Shown piece by piece: positions 37,831-48,360 of a stretch of 60,528 bases of DNA (within the stretch, counting starts at the first letter, position 1; the number at the start of each line of letters is the position of its first letter). The translations under genes and the position numbers were made by a program. The notes under the pieces are model-generated. The model saw nothing but the letters and a program-made list of their open reading frames with translations. It had not been told where the DNA came from and did no database searches. The DNA lies in NCBI GenBank assembly GCA_039024595.1, contig JBCCQO010000001.1, positions 1 to 60,528 of the forward strand, written 5' to 3'. The stretch comes from Pseudomonadota bacterium. Its GTDB lineage: Bacteria > Pseudomonadota > Gammaproteobacteria > Pseudomonadales > Halieaceae.

Positions 37831-39246
37831 GTGGCCATACAGCAATTACGGGCGGACTATCTCATTGTCGGCGCCGGCGCGGTCGGCATGGCGTTTGCCG
37901 ACACCATCTTGGGCGAATCGGATGCAAGCATCATCATCGTCGACCGCTACGCCAAGCCAGGTGGTCACTGGAACGTAGCCTATCCCTTCGTGCAGCTTCA
38001 TCAGCCGTCACAGTTTTATGGGGTCAGCTCCAAAGAGTTGAGCGGAGGTCGTATCGAGCGGGGTGGTTTAAACGATGGTCTCAATGAGTTAGCTAGTGGG
38101 GCGGAAGTGAGCGCTTACTTTGATGATGTGATGCGGCATCAGTTCCTTCCCTCGGGCCGGGTTCAGTTCTTCCCCATGTGCGACTACAAAGGGGAAGGTC
38201 GATTCGAGTCCATCGTTGGCAACCAACGCTACCAGGTGGAAGTCGACAAGAAAATCGTAGACGCAACATTCCTCAAAACAAAGGTTCCATCGACGCATAC
38301 CCCCAACTTCTCCATCGCTGACGGCGTCCCCTTTATGCCTCTGAACGATCTCCCGAAGGTGACCACACCACCCGACCACTACATGGTCATCGGAGGAGGT
38401 AAAACGGGCATCGATGCGTGCTTGTGGCTGCTCGGGATGGGAGTGGACCCTGACTGCATTGACTGGGTTCGGCCGCGAGACTCGTGGCTGCTAAATCGCA
38501 AAAATGCCCAGCCAACGGATGACTTCTTCTACAACGTCTTTGGTGCGCAACTGGCCCTTATGGAGTCCGCTGCCAAGGCGGCTTCTTATGAGGATCTGTT
38601 CGAGCGACTGGAAGCGGGCGGCTACTTCCTGCGGCTCGATCAGGAAGTCACCCCACGAATGTTTCACGGGGCCACGATTTCCGAACCGGAACTTAAACTG
38701 CTTCAAACCATTCGCAGCGTGATTCGCCTGGGCAGAATTACTCACCTCGGAGATAAAACTATTGAGTTTCAGCAGGGCTCCTTACCCGCCAAGCCCAACA
38801 CGATTTACGTCGATTGCTCAGCTCGCCCTCTGGATGGTCTACCGGACGATGTACCGGTATTTAACGGAGATACGATTACTCCGCAGATGGTGCGTTCTTA
38901 CCAGCCGGTTTTCAGCGCAGCTTTAATAGCGCACATCGAGTTGAGCATGGACGATGATGAGGCCAAAAACTCGGTCACGACCCCGGTACCACCGCCTGAA
39001 GCAGACACGGATTTTGCCTACTTCAGCGCGGTGTCTATGATGAATCAGTACTTATGGTCGCAGAATGACGATATCGCAGAATGGCTTTTGGGTAATCGGC
39101 TGGATGGCTTCAGCCGCATGCTCAAAAACGCGAAAGAAGATCCGGAAAAAACTCAACTGCTTGAGCGCATGCGCTCCTATGGCCCCGATGCTGTGTCTAA
39201 CCTGTTCAAGTTGCACAATGACTTCCACGCCCAGGACGCGGCCTAG
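37831..39246 (+). CDS. NAD(P)/FAD-dependent oxidoreductase
   Basis: GAGAVGMAF.D, GGHWN.AY.FV.LHQPS, GGGKTG.D. Confidence 0.88.
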   Translation: MAIQQLRADYLIVGAGAVGMAFADTILGESDASIIIVDRYAKPGGHWNVAYPFVQLHQPSQFYGVSSKELSGGRIERGGLNDGLNELASGAEVSAYFDDVMRHQFLPSGRVQFFPMCDYKGEGRFESIVGNQRYQVEVDKKIVDATFLKTKVPSTHTPNFSIADGVPFMPLNDLPKVTTPPDHYMVIGGGKTGIDACLWLLGMGVDPDCIDWVRPRDSWLLNRKNAQPTDDFFYNVFGAQLALMESAAKAASYEDLFERLEAGGYFLRLDQEVTPRMFHGATISEPELKLLQTIRSVIRLGRITHLGDKTIEFQQGSLPAKPNTIYVDCSARPLDGLPDDVPVFNGDTITPQMVRSYQPVFSAALIAHIELSMDDDEAKNSVTTPVPPPEADTDFAYFSAVSMMNQYLWSQNDDIAEWLLGNRLDGFSRMLKNAKEDPEKTQLLERMRSYGPDAVSNLFKLHNDFHAQDAA

Positions 39247-39350
39247 CAAGGATCACTCAAACCACGCTGTGACGAACAGAGCAGTGAGCAACCTGGACCT
39301 GTAAGACAGCAATGATAATAGTTAGGTTTTGAACGATAAGGAGAGTACCC

Positions 39351-40418
39351 ATGGGAAGCCAGTTCGAGGTCGACAAGGCGAAGTTCCAGGAATATCAGTT
39401 AATGCCCTTGAACAGCCGCCCGCTAGTGGATGGCGAAATTCGTGTAAACATCGATTTTTTTGCGTTTACGGCGAACAATCTTACCTATGCGGTAGCTGGC
39501 GACATGCTTGGCTATTGGCAGTTCTTTCCGGCGAGTAGCGAGTCTCAGGGGATGATTCCCGTTTGGGGTTTTGCCGATGTTGTTGAATCAAATTCTTCGG
39601 ACATAGAAGTGGGAGAGCGAATCTATGGCTACTTACCTCCTGCTTCGGAGCTCGTGCTAAAGCCGCACAAGGTTCGCCAGGACAGCTGGTTTGACGCAAG
39701 TGCGCATCGGCAAAGCCTGCCGCCGCTATACAACCGTTATCTTCGACTGCCGCCTCGTAGCGATGAGCAGCGCAGTGCGGAGACGGGGCAGGCGCTGCTT
39801 GGGCCGCTGTATATGACGGGCTATCTGCTTTACGACTACCTGAAGCAGAGCGACTACTTTGGCGCTGAGCAGGTTCTTGTCCTGAGCGCATCGAGCAAGA
39901 CCAGCATTGGCCTTGCCTATGCGCTGACTCTGGATGAGACCCCAGCCGCGATCGGCCTGACATCCTCGGGCAATCAGGCGTTTGTCGACGGACTTGGTTA
40001 CTACGATTCAACAGTCACCTACGACGATCTCAACAACCTGGATATCAAGCCCTCGGTAGTTGTCGATATGGCCGGGAACGCGGAGCTGCGGGATCAACTT
40101 GCCGAGCGCTTTGGTGATCACCTGAGACACTATGTTCGTGTGGGCCTGACACACTGGGATCAGCAGGGCGTAGGTGATCCCACCGGATCCGGAGCTAATG
40201 GAGCATTCTTCTTTGCACCCAGCTATATGCTCGAACGTTCCGAGGCGGACCCTTCATTCGCAGCGACCGTTCAAGAATTCGTGGCGCAGGGTGCACGCGC
40301 GAGCCTGGACTGGTTGCAGATCAGTAATCTTGATGGGCTCGATGGTCTGGCGTCGGTTTATCTGGACATGTGTCAGGGGCGAGTGTCACCAAAGCTTGGG
40401 CTGATTTGCACAATGTAA
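39351..40418 (+). CDS. DUF2855 family protein
   Basis: FA.TANN.TYA..G....YW.FFP, PVWGF, SASSKT, VG.THW, FFAP. Confidence 0.9.
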   Translation: MGSQFEVDKAKFQEYQLMPLNSRPLVDGEIRVNIDFFAFTANNLTYAVAGDMLGYWQFFPASSESQGMIPVWGFADVVESNSSDIEVGERIYGYLPPASELVLKPHKVRQDSWFDASAHRQSLPPLYNRYLRLPPRSDEQRSAETGQALLGPLYMTGYLLYDYLKQSDYFGAEQVLVLSASSKTSIGLAYALTLDETPAAIGLTSSGNQAFVDGLGYYDSTVTYDDLNNLDIKPSVVVDMAGNAELRDQLAERFGDHLRHYVRVGLTHWDQQGVGDPTGSGANGAFFFAPSYMLERSEADPSFAATVQEFVAQGARASLDWLQISNLDGLDGLASVYLDMCQGRVSPKLGLICTM

Positions 40419-40463
40419 GACGCTAGCCCGAACCGCAACTTCCTCAGAGCATAGGATTTCAAG

Positions 40464-41348
40464 ATGAACCATGAAAACTCCGCGGCACCCAGCTCCGAAG
40501 ACTGGGCCCAGGAGCGGGGTAGGAAGTGGGCTGAACATTTGCAGCCAACAGAGGCAATGCTGGCGCCGGTCGATCTACCTCTGGTCGCAGCGCTGAAATT
40601 GGATGGTTCACACTCCGTTGCTGACATTGGCTGCGGCGGTGGGTTCACCACGCGCTCCATTGCGCAGTCCATGCCCGCAAATGCGGTAGTACATGGCTAC
40701 GACATCTCACCTGAACTTATCGCTCTCGCAGAATCGGTGGCTGACGATAAGAGGCTTCGGTTTTTCTGTGAAGACACGCAAACAGCAACGCCTTATTCAG
40801 AAGGACAGGCCGAGGGTGATGCTAGGGGTATTGCAGGAGGCTACGATCGGCTGAGTTCGCGATTTGGGGTTATGTTCTTCCCAGATCCATTTCAGGCTTT
40901 CCGTAACCTGCATCAGTGGTTGCGGCCTGGCGGCCGTTTCGCTTTCGCTGTTTGGGGGCCACCGCCGGAAAATCCGTGGATGATGGTACTGCGTCGGGCG
41001 GTGGCGGACGTTGTTGATCTGCCATCTCCTGAACCTGATGCTCCAGGCCCGTTTCGCTACGAGAACGGAGAGAGTTTTGTGCGCCTGCTCAGCGAGTGCG
41101 GATTCGGTAGCGTAGAGTTTGACCGTTGGCAGCAGGACCTTGCTCTCGGTGGGGGACTCTCCGCCGGTGACGCGGCCCGTTTTGCCCTTTCCGCCTTTGG
41201 AATCGGTGAACAGGTAGCGCACGATCCTGATCTGGCAGCCAGAGCTTTCGACCAACTTTCGACAGCGCTTGCTCCCTACGAGCAGGAAGGCCGCGTGCTG
41301 ATGCAGGGAACCGTTAACATTGTCACTGGTGAGCGACAGGCTCCCTAA
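40464..41348 (+). CDS. Class I SAM-dependent methyltransferase
   Basis: DIGCGGG, DIS, SRFGVMFF.DP, LRPGGR, PGPF. Confidence 0.9.
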   Translation: MNHENSAAPSSEDWAQERGRKWAEHLQPTEAMLAPVDLPLVAALKLDGSHSVADIGCGGGFTTRSIAQSMPANAVVHGYDISPELIALAESVADDKRLRFFCEDTQTATPYSEGQAEGDARGIAGGYDRLSSRFGVMFFPDPFQAFRNLHQWLRPGGRFAFAVWGPPPENPWMMVLRRAVADVVDLPSPEPDAPGPFRYENGESFVRLLSECGFGSVEFDRWQQDLALGGGLSAGDAARFALSAFGIGEQVAHDPDLAARAFDQLSTALAPYEQEGRVLMQGTVNIVTGERQAP

Positions 41349-41358
41349 CTAGCCGACT

Positions 41359-41410
41359 GTTAGCCGCGTGTAGCCGCGTGTAGCCGCGTGCGCGAAGCGA
41401 ATACGCGGTA
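41359..41410 (+). repeat. TAGCCGCGTG x3 followed by a GTAG-headed REP-like hairpin
   Basis: Three exact 10-mers at 41361-41390; CCGCGT-GCGCGAAGCGAAT-ACGCGG stem; between convergent genes. Confidence 0.7.
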
Positions 41411-41477
41411 AGCGCAGCTACGCTGGCTAACGGAGGCCAGTATTCAGCCAGGGCGCCGAGTCGTCTGCTCGTCGCAG

Positions 41478-42278
41478 CTAAAGTGTGAGAACCAGGGGGC
41501 AGTGATCTGAAACGACCGGATCGCTGACGACCTCAAAACCACGCACAGCCTGTTCGTTATCGATCAACAAGTAGTCTGCAAATTTGCCGGGTTTTTTGTA
41601 TTCCGTGGTTCTGGTGCTGGTAAATCCCCGCGTGGTGACAAGCTCCACATAACCGGCTTCGCCGAGGATATTTAGAGTTTCGCTCTCAGGCTCGACGTTG
41701 AAGTCCCCACAAACCACGTTCACGTCGCTACCTTCGGCCACCTGGGTTGCCAACGCCAGAAGACGCCGCGCCTGATCGGTGCGTTCCGGCGTATCCTGTT
41801 TGCCTCGTAAATCACGCAATCCGTGCATGTGCGTGATGCCGATGGCGCGCTGTGCCCGGTAATCGTAAACGCGAACAGCGTGAGCTGTCCTTGATCTTGG
41901 GTGTTCACCGAAGCCTACGGGCGAATAGTCCTTATGCACGAAGCCCTGCACCTGCGCGATCACGGGGCACTCTTCATGAATGAAAGTTGCAAGCCCCCAC
42001 TGGGAGGGAACCGGTTGATCATTGTTCCATAGCGAACCCTGCGCCGCTGGGCAAAAAGTGGCTACGTGATTTGGCAGCACCGCCTGGACGTCCCGAAAGA
42101 AGTTCGCTCGTTGGCGAAGTACGTGGTCGCCGTCGCGGTATGTCAGCCAGTCCTCGCACGGCAACGGGCTGTGCACGACCTCCTGCAGGCAGAGCACATC
42201 CGGCGCCTCTTTGTGCAGATACGGCAACAAAGATTCGTGGAGCTTGCCGCCCCAGCCGTTGAGACACATTATCTTCAT
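41478..42278 (-). CDS. Endonuclease/exonuclease/phosphatase family protein
   Basis: N.WGG, DVLCLQE, GDFN, ADY, SDH.P. Confidence 0.92.
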   Translation of the reverse strand: MKIMCLNGWGGKLHESLLPYLHKEAPDVLCLQEVVHSPLPCEDWLTYRDGDHVLRQRANFFRDVQAVLPNHVATFCPAAQGSLWNNDQPVPSQWGLATFIHEECPVIAQVQGFVHKDYSPVGFGEHPRSRTAHAVRVYDYRAQRAIGITHMHGLRDLRGKQDTPERTDQARRLLALATQVAEGSDVNVVCGDFNVEPESETLNILGEAGYVELVTTRGFTSTRTTEYKKPGKFADYLLIDNEQAVRGFEVVSDPVVSDHCPLVLTL

Positions 42279-42340
42279 GCCGGCAGTCCGGTGGGAGATG
42301 ACGAGTTCTTGAACACTCGGGCAATAGTCTCTGTCATCGG

Positions 42341-42616
42341 TCAGCCGATGAACTCGTCGAGATAGCGCCTTACCTCGCCTTCGAGGGCGCTTTTGAATGG
42401 CATGGCCAGTAAACCGAGTTCGACGCGTACAATGACTTCACTTTCGTCGATTGTCAGTTCACCTTTGACTCCGGAACCGCGAATTTGTACTCGGTCTCCG
42501 TTCCATGCGGCGCGAACCCCATGAGCCTTGCTTAGTTGGCTGGCAAGCCCTTCTGCAACCTCCCGCAGTTCGGCTTTGTCTTTCGAGTGCGGTTTTCTGA
42601 CTTCAAACTTCGACAC
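42341..42616 (-). CDS. Polyhydroxyalkanoate-system (PHA_gran_rgn) family protein
   Basis: H....EL...AE.LA..L...G....W.GD.....GSGV.G, LG.L..PFK; GTG 42616 after GAGG RBS. Confidence 0.8.
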   Translation of the reverse strand: MSKFEVRKPHSKDKAELREVAEGLASQLSKAHGVRAAWNGDRVQIRGSGVKGELTIDESEVIVRVELGLLAMPFKSALEGEVRRYLDEFIG

Positions 42617-42803
42617 GATTCCCTCTACTGATCTTGCGACGTAGTGCGGCACGGCTCTAAGAATACGCGGCCTGCGCTGACGGGCAATGGGAGCCTGCAA
42701 ATGGGAGAGGAATCAAGAAGCGCCCGATATCGGGTAGTGCCCGATGGGGCGACGTATACCGTGCGGTGGGCCTCTGGGTCGACTGTATTTTGTCGGTGGG
42801 CGT

Positions 42804-44207
42804 TTAGGGCGGTAATCCGCTGGCACACAGCATAAGGTCTATGAGACCGCTTGGCTGCAGCACGTTGTAGTAGACCAGAATTTGATCGGTACCCGAGACG
42901 ACCTCCGCTTCATGCCGTACGACGTTTGCAGCCCCGTTGTCGCAGCGCAAGGTAAACCGCTGGGGCCCGTCCTCAATCCCATACAGCCAGATTTGGCTGT
43001 TAGTCACATCCGAGAAAACACTACCGGGATTATCCTTGAGCGTGAGACTGATAAATGAACGGCCGTCGCTCGCCACAAAAGGCTCGGCGCTTTGCACGTA
43101 CCTTGGACCTTCCCGTACCGGCGGATCGAGTTCGGCGACGGGTTCGAAAAATTCAGCGCCGCTATCACGATAGATTCTTAGGTTCGACAGGTCGGTTGTT
43201 GCGTGCAACGCCAGGTTTCCGCCGAACTCTGGTGCGTACCAGCCATAGGGATCAAACTTAACTCCATCATCGTCAGTAATGACACGTTGATCACCCGTTT
43301 CGGCGTCTACAAGTAAGACCTGCCCCGCATCGGGGCCACTCGCCAGCGTCGTAAGAAACTTGCTCGTACCTCGAATCCAGCGGAAGCCCGCGTAGCCCGG
43401 TCTTACGGGGGTCACTCGAATATCCGCGTTGGGTGCCGTCGTATCTGCATAGCTTATCCAGCCACCGCCAAATGGACTGTCGGTTTCTCTGGTGGCGTAT
43501 GCAAGATGTGTAGTCAGCGCGGTTGGATTCTGGCTCGGCAACTGATTGATGCGATCGAACTCGCCGCTACTGAGCTGGCGTACTTCGTAAGCCCCGCCGA
43601 AGCGACGCGCCTCGAAGAACTGAAGCGTGCCGTTGTCAGACGTTGCATTGAAGTAAATGGCAGAGCCGTTGGTATTGACGCCATACTCCGGGCCGTTCCG
43701 GGCATCGGTGAGGCTTGCGACCCGGGCAATCGACTCGAGTTCGGAGATTTGACTACCCAGCTCACCAGACTCCGGAGAGTACGAGATCTCATACAGATGG
43801 CCCGCAGACTGCAGAACGATTTCCGCGGATTGCGGATGTAGTTCAGGATCTAACGCGCTGCGACCATCGATATTCAGTTTTCGCACTACCGGTCCGGTGT
43901 CAATCACGTTAATCGCTACATCACGAGGCACTCCCGATTGGTCATCATTCAGGCCAGTCAGGCGAAAAACCAGCCTGGTATCCTCGGCCACATAGGGAGC
44001 GGCGAATACCGCCCCAAAAGGAGATCTCATGTCCAGATCTACGTAAGGCCCTTCCAGCTGCACCCAGATCGGCGGCGGATCGTTTTCATTGGATGGTGGC
44101 GCCGGGTTGTGGAGCTCAACGATGGTTCCCTCCGTGACCTCTTGCCCAGGTATCTGGCCAAGAAAAAGACAGCAGCTCAAGAACTTGATGAACGATAGAA
44201 TTCCCAT
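42804..44207 (-). CDS. Exported hypothetical protein: PKD-like Ig domain plus probable beta-propeller
   Basis: Signal peptide; WVQLEGP.V.L...F.AP.V....L.FRLT PKD-like motif; beta-rich remainder. Confidence 0.6.
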   Translation of the reverse strand: MGILSFIKFLSCCLFLGQIPGQEVTEGTIVELHNPAPPSNENDPPPIWVQLEGPYVDLDMRSPFGAVFAAPYVAEDTRLVFRLTGLNDDQSGVPRDVAINVIDTGPVVRKLNIDGRSALDPELHPQSAEIVLQSAGHLYEISYSPESGELGSQISELESIARVASLTDARNGPEYGVNTNGSAIYFNATSDNGTLQFFEARRFGGAYEVRQLSSGEFDRINQLPSQNPTALTTHLAYATRETDSPFGGGWISYADTTAPNADIRVTPVRPGYAGFRWIRGTSKFLTTLASGPDAGQVLLVDAETGDQRVITDDDGVKFDPYGWYAPEFGGNLALHATTDLSNLRIYRDSGAEFFEPVAELDPPVREGPRYVQSAEPFVASDGRSFISLTLKDNPGSVFSDVTNSQIWLYGIEDGPQRFTLRCDNGAANVVRHEAEVVSGTDQILVYYNVLQPSGLIDLMLCASGLPP

Positions 44208-44324
44208 TTGCGATTGCCCATCTGGTCTGATGCCTGATACGCATTGCCGGGCACAATCCGTCGCAGGGCGGAGAGGGAAATCACGACCCGACGGCGAAAG
44301 GGCAGCTGAGGTGCTGGAGAGTTC

Positions 44325-45104
44325 ATGAAGAAGAAACGTTACGAGGCAGAGCTGCGCAAGCTACAGGAACGGCTCTGTACGCTGCAGGAGTGGGTCAAGG
44401 AGAGCGGCGAGCGAATCATAGTCGTGTTCGAAGGCCGCGATGCGGCTGGTAAAGGTGGCTGCATTCGAGCGCTCACAGAGCGCGTCAGCTCTCGGGTGTT
44501 TCGGGTCGTTGCGCTGCCGAAGCCTTCTGACCGGGAGCGGACCCAGATATACATGCAGCGCTACATCAATCACTTTCCCGCGGCGGGTGAGATCGTGATT
44601 TTTGATCGCAGCTGGTATAACCGGGCAGGTGTCGAGCGGGTGATGGGCTTTTGTACCGACGCGCAGTATCGGCGATTTCTCAGGGAGTGCCCGGGCTTCG
44701 AATACACCATGATCGTCGACAACGGGATTCACTTCTTCAAGTACTGGCTGGAGGTCGGTGAGGAAGAACAGGAACGACGTTTTCAGGACCGCATCGAGGA
44801 TCCGCTCAAACAGTGGAAGCTATCACCCATTGATCTGCCCTCCCGGGAGCGTTGGTTTGAATACTCGAGGGCGCGGGATGAGATGCTTGACGCAACAGAT
44901 AGGGACGACACACCTTGGCATGTCGTTCGTTCCGACGACAAGCGTCGCGCGCGTCTGAACCTGATCAGTCACTTTCTCGACAACGTACCCTTTGAGCAGG
45001 TGGCCCGCGACCCGGTGGTTCTCCCGGAACGGGATATGAGCATCGCCTATGATGATCAGCTTCCTATGGAGAAGCGGCGCTGGGTGCCGACTGTGTTCGA
45101 CTAG
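44325..45104 (+). CDS. ppk2: Polyphosphate kinase 2
   Basis: FEGRDAAGKGG Walker A, FDRSWYNRAGVE, WKLSP.D, SDDKRRARLN. Confidence 0.96.
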   Translation: MKKKRYEAELRKLQERLCTLQEWVKESGERIIVVFEGRDAAGKGGCIRALTERVSSRVFRVVALPKPSDRERTQIYMQRYINHFPAAGEIVIFDRSWYNRAGVERVMGFCTDAQYRRFLRECPGFEYTMIVDNGIHFFKYWLEVGEEEQERRFQDRIEDPLKQWKLSPIDLPSRERWFEYSRARDEMLDATDRDDTPWHVVRSDDKRRARLNLISHFLDNVPFEQVARDPVVLPERDMSIAYDDQLPMEKRRWVPTVFD

Positions 45105-45141
45105 CTAACCTGTCTATCAATAAATCCGAGCCAACTCCGCC

Positions 45142-45711
45142 ATGAGGTCCCGTCAAATGAACTGCACATCACTCCGATCTTGTTTCGAGCGGTCGCTCTT
45201 ATTTGCCCTTTCTCTCGGCACTCTACTTTCCGGGCCGGCCGCTGCCGATGCGTTCTACGTGGGAGCGGGCGCCGATGTGGCCGATATCAATGCTGCGAAC
45301 CTTGATGAGCGCGACTTCACCCCGGCGGGGTTTATTGGGTATCAGTTCCTCGATACACCGCTGCTGATGGTGTCCGTTGAAGGTGGGTACTACGATCTTG
45401 GCGAAGCCAGCTCGCGCGAAGGTGAGTTACCGGTTTCTTTCGATGCGTCTGCGCTCACGCTCGCCGGCGTAGCCTATGTGCCGATTGGCCCGTTTTTTGA
45501 GGTTTATGGTAAAGCCGGGCTCGCGCGTTTCTCTTTGGACTCGCAGTTGGGGCCGGCTTCTTTCAGCGACGATAGCACCGATCCTTTTGTGGGCGTCGGC
45601 GCAGCCTTTGATTTTTTCGATACGGTAGATATCTACGCTGAGTATCTGTACTTCGAAAACGACATCGATTCACAAATGCTGGGTGTGGGCATCCGCCTGG
45701 ATTTCTTCTGA
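45142..45711 (+). CDS. Outer-membrane beta-barrel protein (OmpA-like transmembrane domain)
   Basis: Signal peptide, GYQF, E.GY.DLG, YGKAG, terminal Phe. Confidence 0.85.
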   Translation: MRSRQMNCTSLRSCFERSLLFALSLGTLLSGPAAADAFYVGAGADVADINAANLDERDFTPAGFIGYQFLDTPLLMVSVEGGYYDLGEASSREGELPVSFDASALTLAGVAYVPIGPFFEVYGKAGLARFSLDSQLGPASFSDDSTDPFVGVGAAFDFFDTVDIYAEYLYFENDIDSQMLGVGIRLDFF

Positions 45712-45832
45712 TCTCAACGTTCTGCCTATTCTCGTCAGGCACGCAGATTTGCGTGGCTACGTGCTGCACGCAATGGTCGGGCGGAATGTGTATGCTCAGT
45801 TCTATGCAGTTGGGCGCTGACGCGGGGGTCGC

Positions 45833-46573
45833 GTGCTTTCCTTAGAAGGTGTCAGCAAGCGGTACGGAGAACACTGGGCACTCAAACCATCGGATTTGGT
45901 GTTTGACGTCGGCACAACCACGGCTCTGGTCGGTGAAAGCGGTTGTGGGAAGTCATCCCTCCTCAAACTCTGCAACGGGCTAATCAAACCCACCAGCGGC
46001 ACCGTCAGTGCTTTTGGGAGTCCGCTCGATTACAACGATCTGCCGAGTCTTCGACGAAAGATCGGCTACGCGGTCCAGGGGAACGGCTTGTTTCCGCATT
46101 TGAGCGCTCGAGACAACATCTGTTTAGGCGCATCGCTAGCTGGCTGGTCGCGCGACGAAATAGCGACGCGCCTCGATGAATTGCTTCAGCTCGTGCGCCT
46201 GGATTCCAAGTTGCTCGACCGTTTTCCCCATGAACTCAGCGGGGGCCAGCAACAGCGGGTTGGCCTGGGGCGGGCGATGATGCTCCGGCCAGAGGTACTT
46301 CTGCTGGATGAGCCCTTTGCCGCAATCGATCCGATCACTCGTTTTGAGATACATGAACAACTACTTCACGCGCTTGAGCAGGAGCCAGCTACAGTTGTGC
46401 TGGTAACTCACGACATGCGCGAAGCATTGAAGCTGGCAACCACCGTGGTTCTGATCCATGCGGGGCTCGTTCGGACACCGATCGCCGTAAATGATTTGCG
46501 GAGCCAGTTTCCCAATGACGAGCCTGAGCAGATCATGCGCCATCTACTGGCTACGGCGATCGATGCACGCTGA
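45833..46573 (+). CDS. Osmoprotectant ABC transporter ATP-binding subunit
   Basis: GESGCGKS, LRRKIGY.VQ..GLFPH, LSGGQQQR, LLDEPF. Confidence 0.92.
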   Translation: MLSLEGVSKRYGEHWALKPSDLVFDVGTTTALVGESGCGKSSLLKLCNGLIKPTSGTVSAFGSPLDYNDLPSLRRKIGYAVQGNGLFPHLSARDNICLGASLAGWSRDEIATRLDELLQLVRLDSKLLDRFPHELSGGQQQRVGLGRAMMLRPEVLLLDEPFAAIDPITRFEIHEQLLHALEQEPATVVLVTHDMREALKLATTVVLIHAGLVRTPIAVNDLRSQFPNDEPEQIMRHLLATAIDAR

Positions 46574-48131
46574 AAGCAGGCGAACAGTTCGCCTCCTTAT
46601 GGTGCTGATCCTGGTGTCGTGCACTTTCATTATCGGTTCGAACGCAGCCTACGCAGAAAAAGTATTGGTGGGATCAAAGACATTTGCCGAGAGTCACGTT
46701 CTCGCAGAGATCGCCGCACAACGTCTCGAGGCGGCCGGCTTCGAGGTCGAGCTAAGGCACGGTCTGGGAGGTACCCTGATCTGCTACCAGGCGCTGAAAA
46801 CCGGCGAGTTGCACTTGTATCCGGAGTACACGGGCACTCTTTCCCAAGCGGTCCTCAAAGATCCAGGACTCAGTCTCAGTGAGCTCAAACAGCAGCTCGG
46901 CAAGGAGGGTCTGGCACTCGGGAGCTTTCTAGGATTCAACAACAGTTACGCCTTGGCGCTGCCCACGGAGACGGCTCGATCGCTGGATATCGAACGGATC
47001 AGCGACCTGCGGCAGCACCCGAATCTGAGATTCGGCTTTACCCATGAGTTCCTCAACCGCGGCGATGGCTGGCCTGCCATCCAGAACGTCTATCAGCTCA
47101 CGCAAACACCCACTGGAATCGGACACGCACTCGCCTATCGGGCGCTTGCTACCGGCGCGCTTGATGTCACCGACGCTTACACGACGGACGGCGAACTGGA
47201 ACTGTATGAACTCACGCTCCTCGACGACGATCTAACGTTTTTCCCGCGGTATGATGCGGCGTTCCTGACCGGTGCGGAGTTGCCACCTGGTGCCTGGGCT
47301 GCGCTTGAGTCGCTGCAAGGACGCATCGATGAATCCCGAATGCAGTCCCTCAATCGCAAGGTGGCTAAAGAAAAGATGTCCCCCGCGGTCGTTGCACGAG
47401 ACTTTCTGCGCGCCGAGGGGCTTTTGGACGACGAGAGCCTCAGCTCACTTGCTGAAAGCGGGCCCAGATTGAATTCGCCCAAGGCAGGAGGGATCAGTTC
47501 AAGTTACCGGCGCGGCATTCCATCGACCCTCAGCACAATCACACGCCATACGGCGACGCACCTCAAACTCACCCTGCTGGCACTGCTTCTCGGGTGCGCG
47601 GTTGCCTTGCCGCTGGCGATAGCAGTGTCGCGCAGCCCTGGCTGGGCCCGAGCCGTCGAGTATGTTACCGGGATCATTCAGACTATTCCTGCTCTGGCCC
47701 TGTTAGCTCTGTTGATTCCTCTCTTTGGTCTGGGGCAACGTACGGCCATCGTCGCTTTATTTCTTTACTCTCTCCTTCCCATTGTGCGAAACACCCTCGC
47801 GGGCCTTGCGTCATTGGATCCCCTGTTAAAAGACGTTGCCGCCAGCCTTGGCATGACACCTCGGCAACAACTGTTGAAAATCGAGCTGCCTCTGGCCATG
47901 CCGACGATATTCGCCGGCATAAAGACTGCGGCGGTGATCAGCATCGGCACGGCAACTCTGGCCGCGTTCGTCGGTGCTGGAGGCTTGGGGGAGCCCATCA
48001 TGACCGGCCTGTCGTTGAATGATCACCGGCTCATACTGCAGGGCGCGATCCCCGCAGCGTGCCTGGCGCTGATCACAGAATTCTTGTTTGGCCTGCTGAC
48101 CCTGCGCATCGTGCCAGCTCACCTTCGCTGA
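46563..48131 (+). CDS. Glycine betaine/choline ABC transporter, fused substrate-binding plus permease protein
   Basis: VGSK.F.E, YPEYTGT, R.DG, D.YTTD, QTIP.LALL, GAGGLG. Start set at ATG 46563. Confidence 0.92.
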   Translation: MHAESRRTVRLLMVLILVSCTFIIGSNAAYAEKVLVGSKTFAESHVLAEIAAQRLEAAGFEVELRHGLGGTLICYQALKTGELHLYPEYTGTLSQAVLKDPGLSLSELKQQLGKEGLALGSFLGFNNSYALALPTETARSLDIERISDLRQHPNLRFGFTHEFLNRGDGWPAIQNVYQLTQTPTGIGHALAYRALATGALDVTDAYTTDGELELYELTLLDDDLTFFPRYDAAFLTGAELPPGAWAALESLQGRIDESRMQSLNRKVAKEKMSPAVVARDFLRAEGLLDDESLSSLAESGPRLNSPKAGGISSSYRRGIPSTLSTITRHTATHLKLTLLALLLGCAVALPLAIAVSRSPGWARAVEYVTGIIQTIPALALLALLIPLFGLGQRTAIVALFLYSLLPIVRNTLAGLASLDPLLKDVAASLGMTPRQQLLKIELPLAMPTIFAGIKTAAVISIGTATLAAFVGAGGLGEPIMTGLSLNDHRLILQGAIPAACLALITEFLFGLLTLRIVPAHLR

Positions 48132-48360
48132 CAATCGGCCCAACGTGTCGCCCGGCCTTCGTAGAGAGATTATCTGTTGTAGAAATCCGGCAATATCAGG
48201 TCTTTCGTGGGTGCTGGCGTGCGAAGACGCCGCGATCATACCCGGTGCAGCTCTCTTGGCTGAATAGCCAATTCCCACGAGGCATAGTTGTAAGCGACTC
48301 AAAGTTCGAAGCAACTGAGCACTGAGCCTTTAAGGCGTACCGCCGTGATATCCTGAGGTC

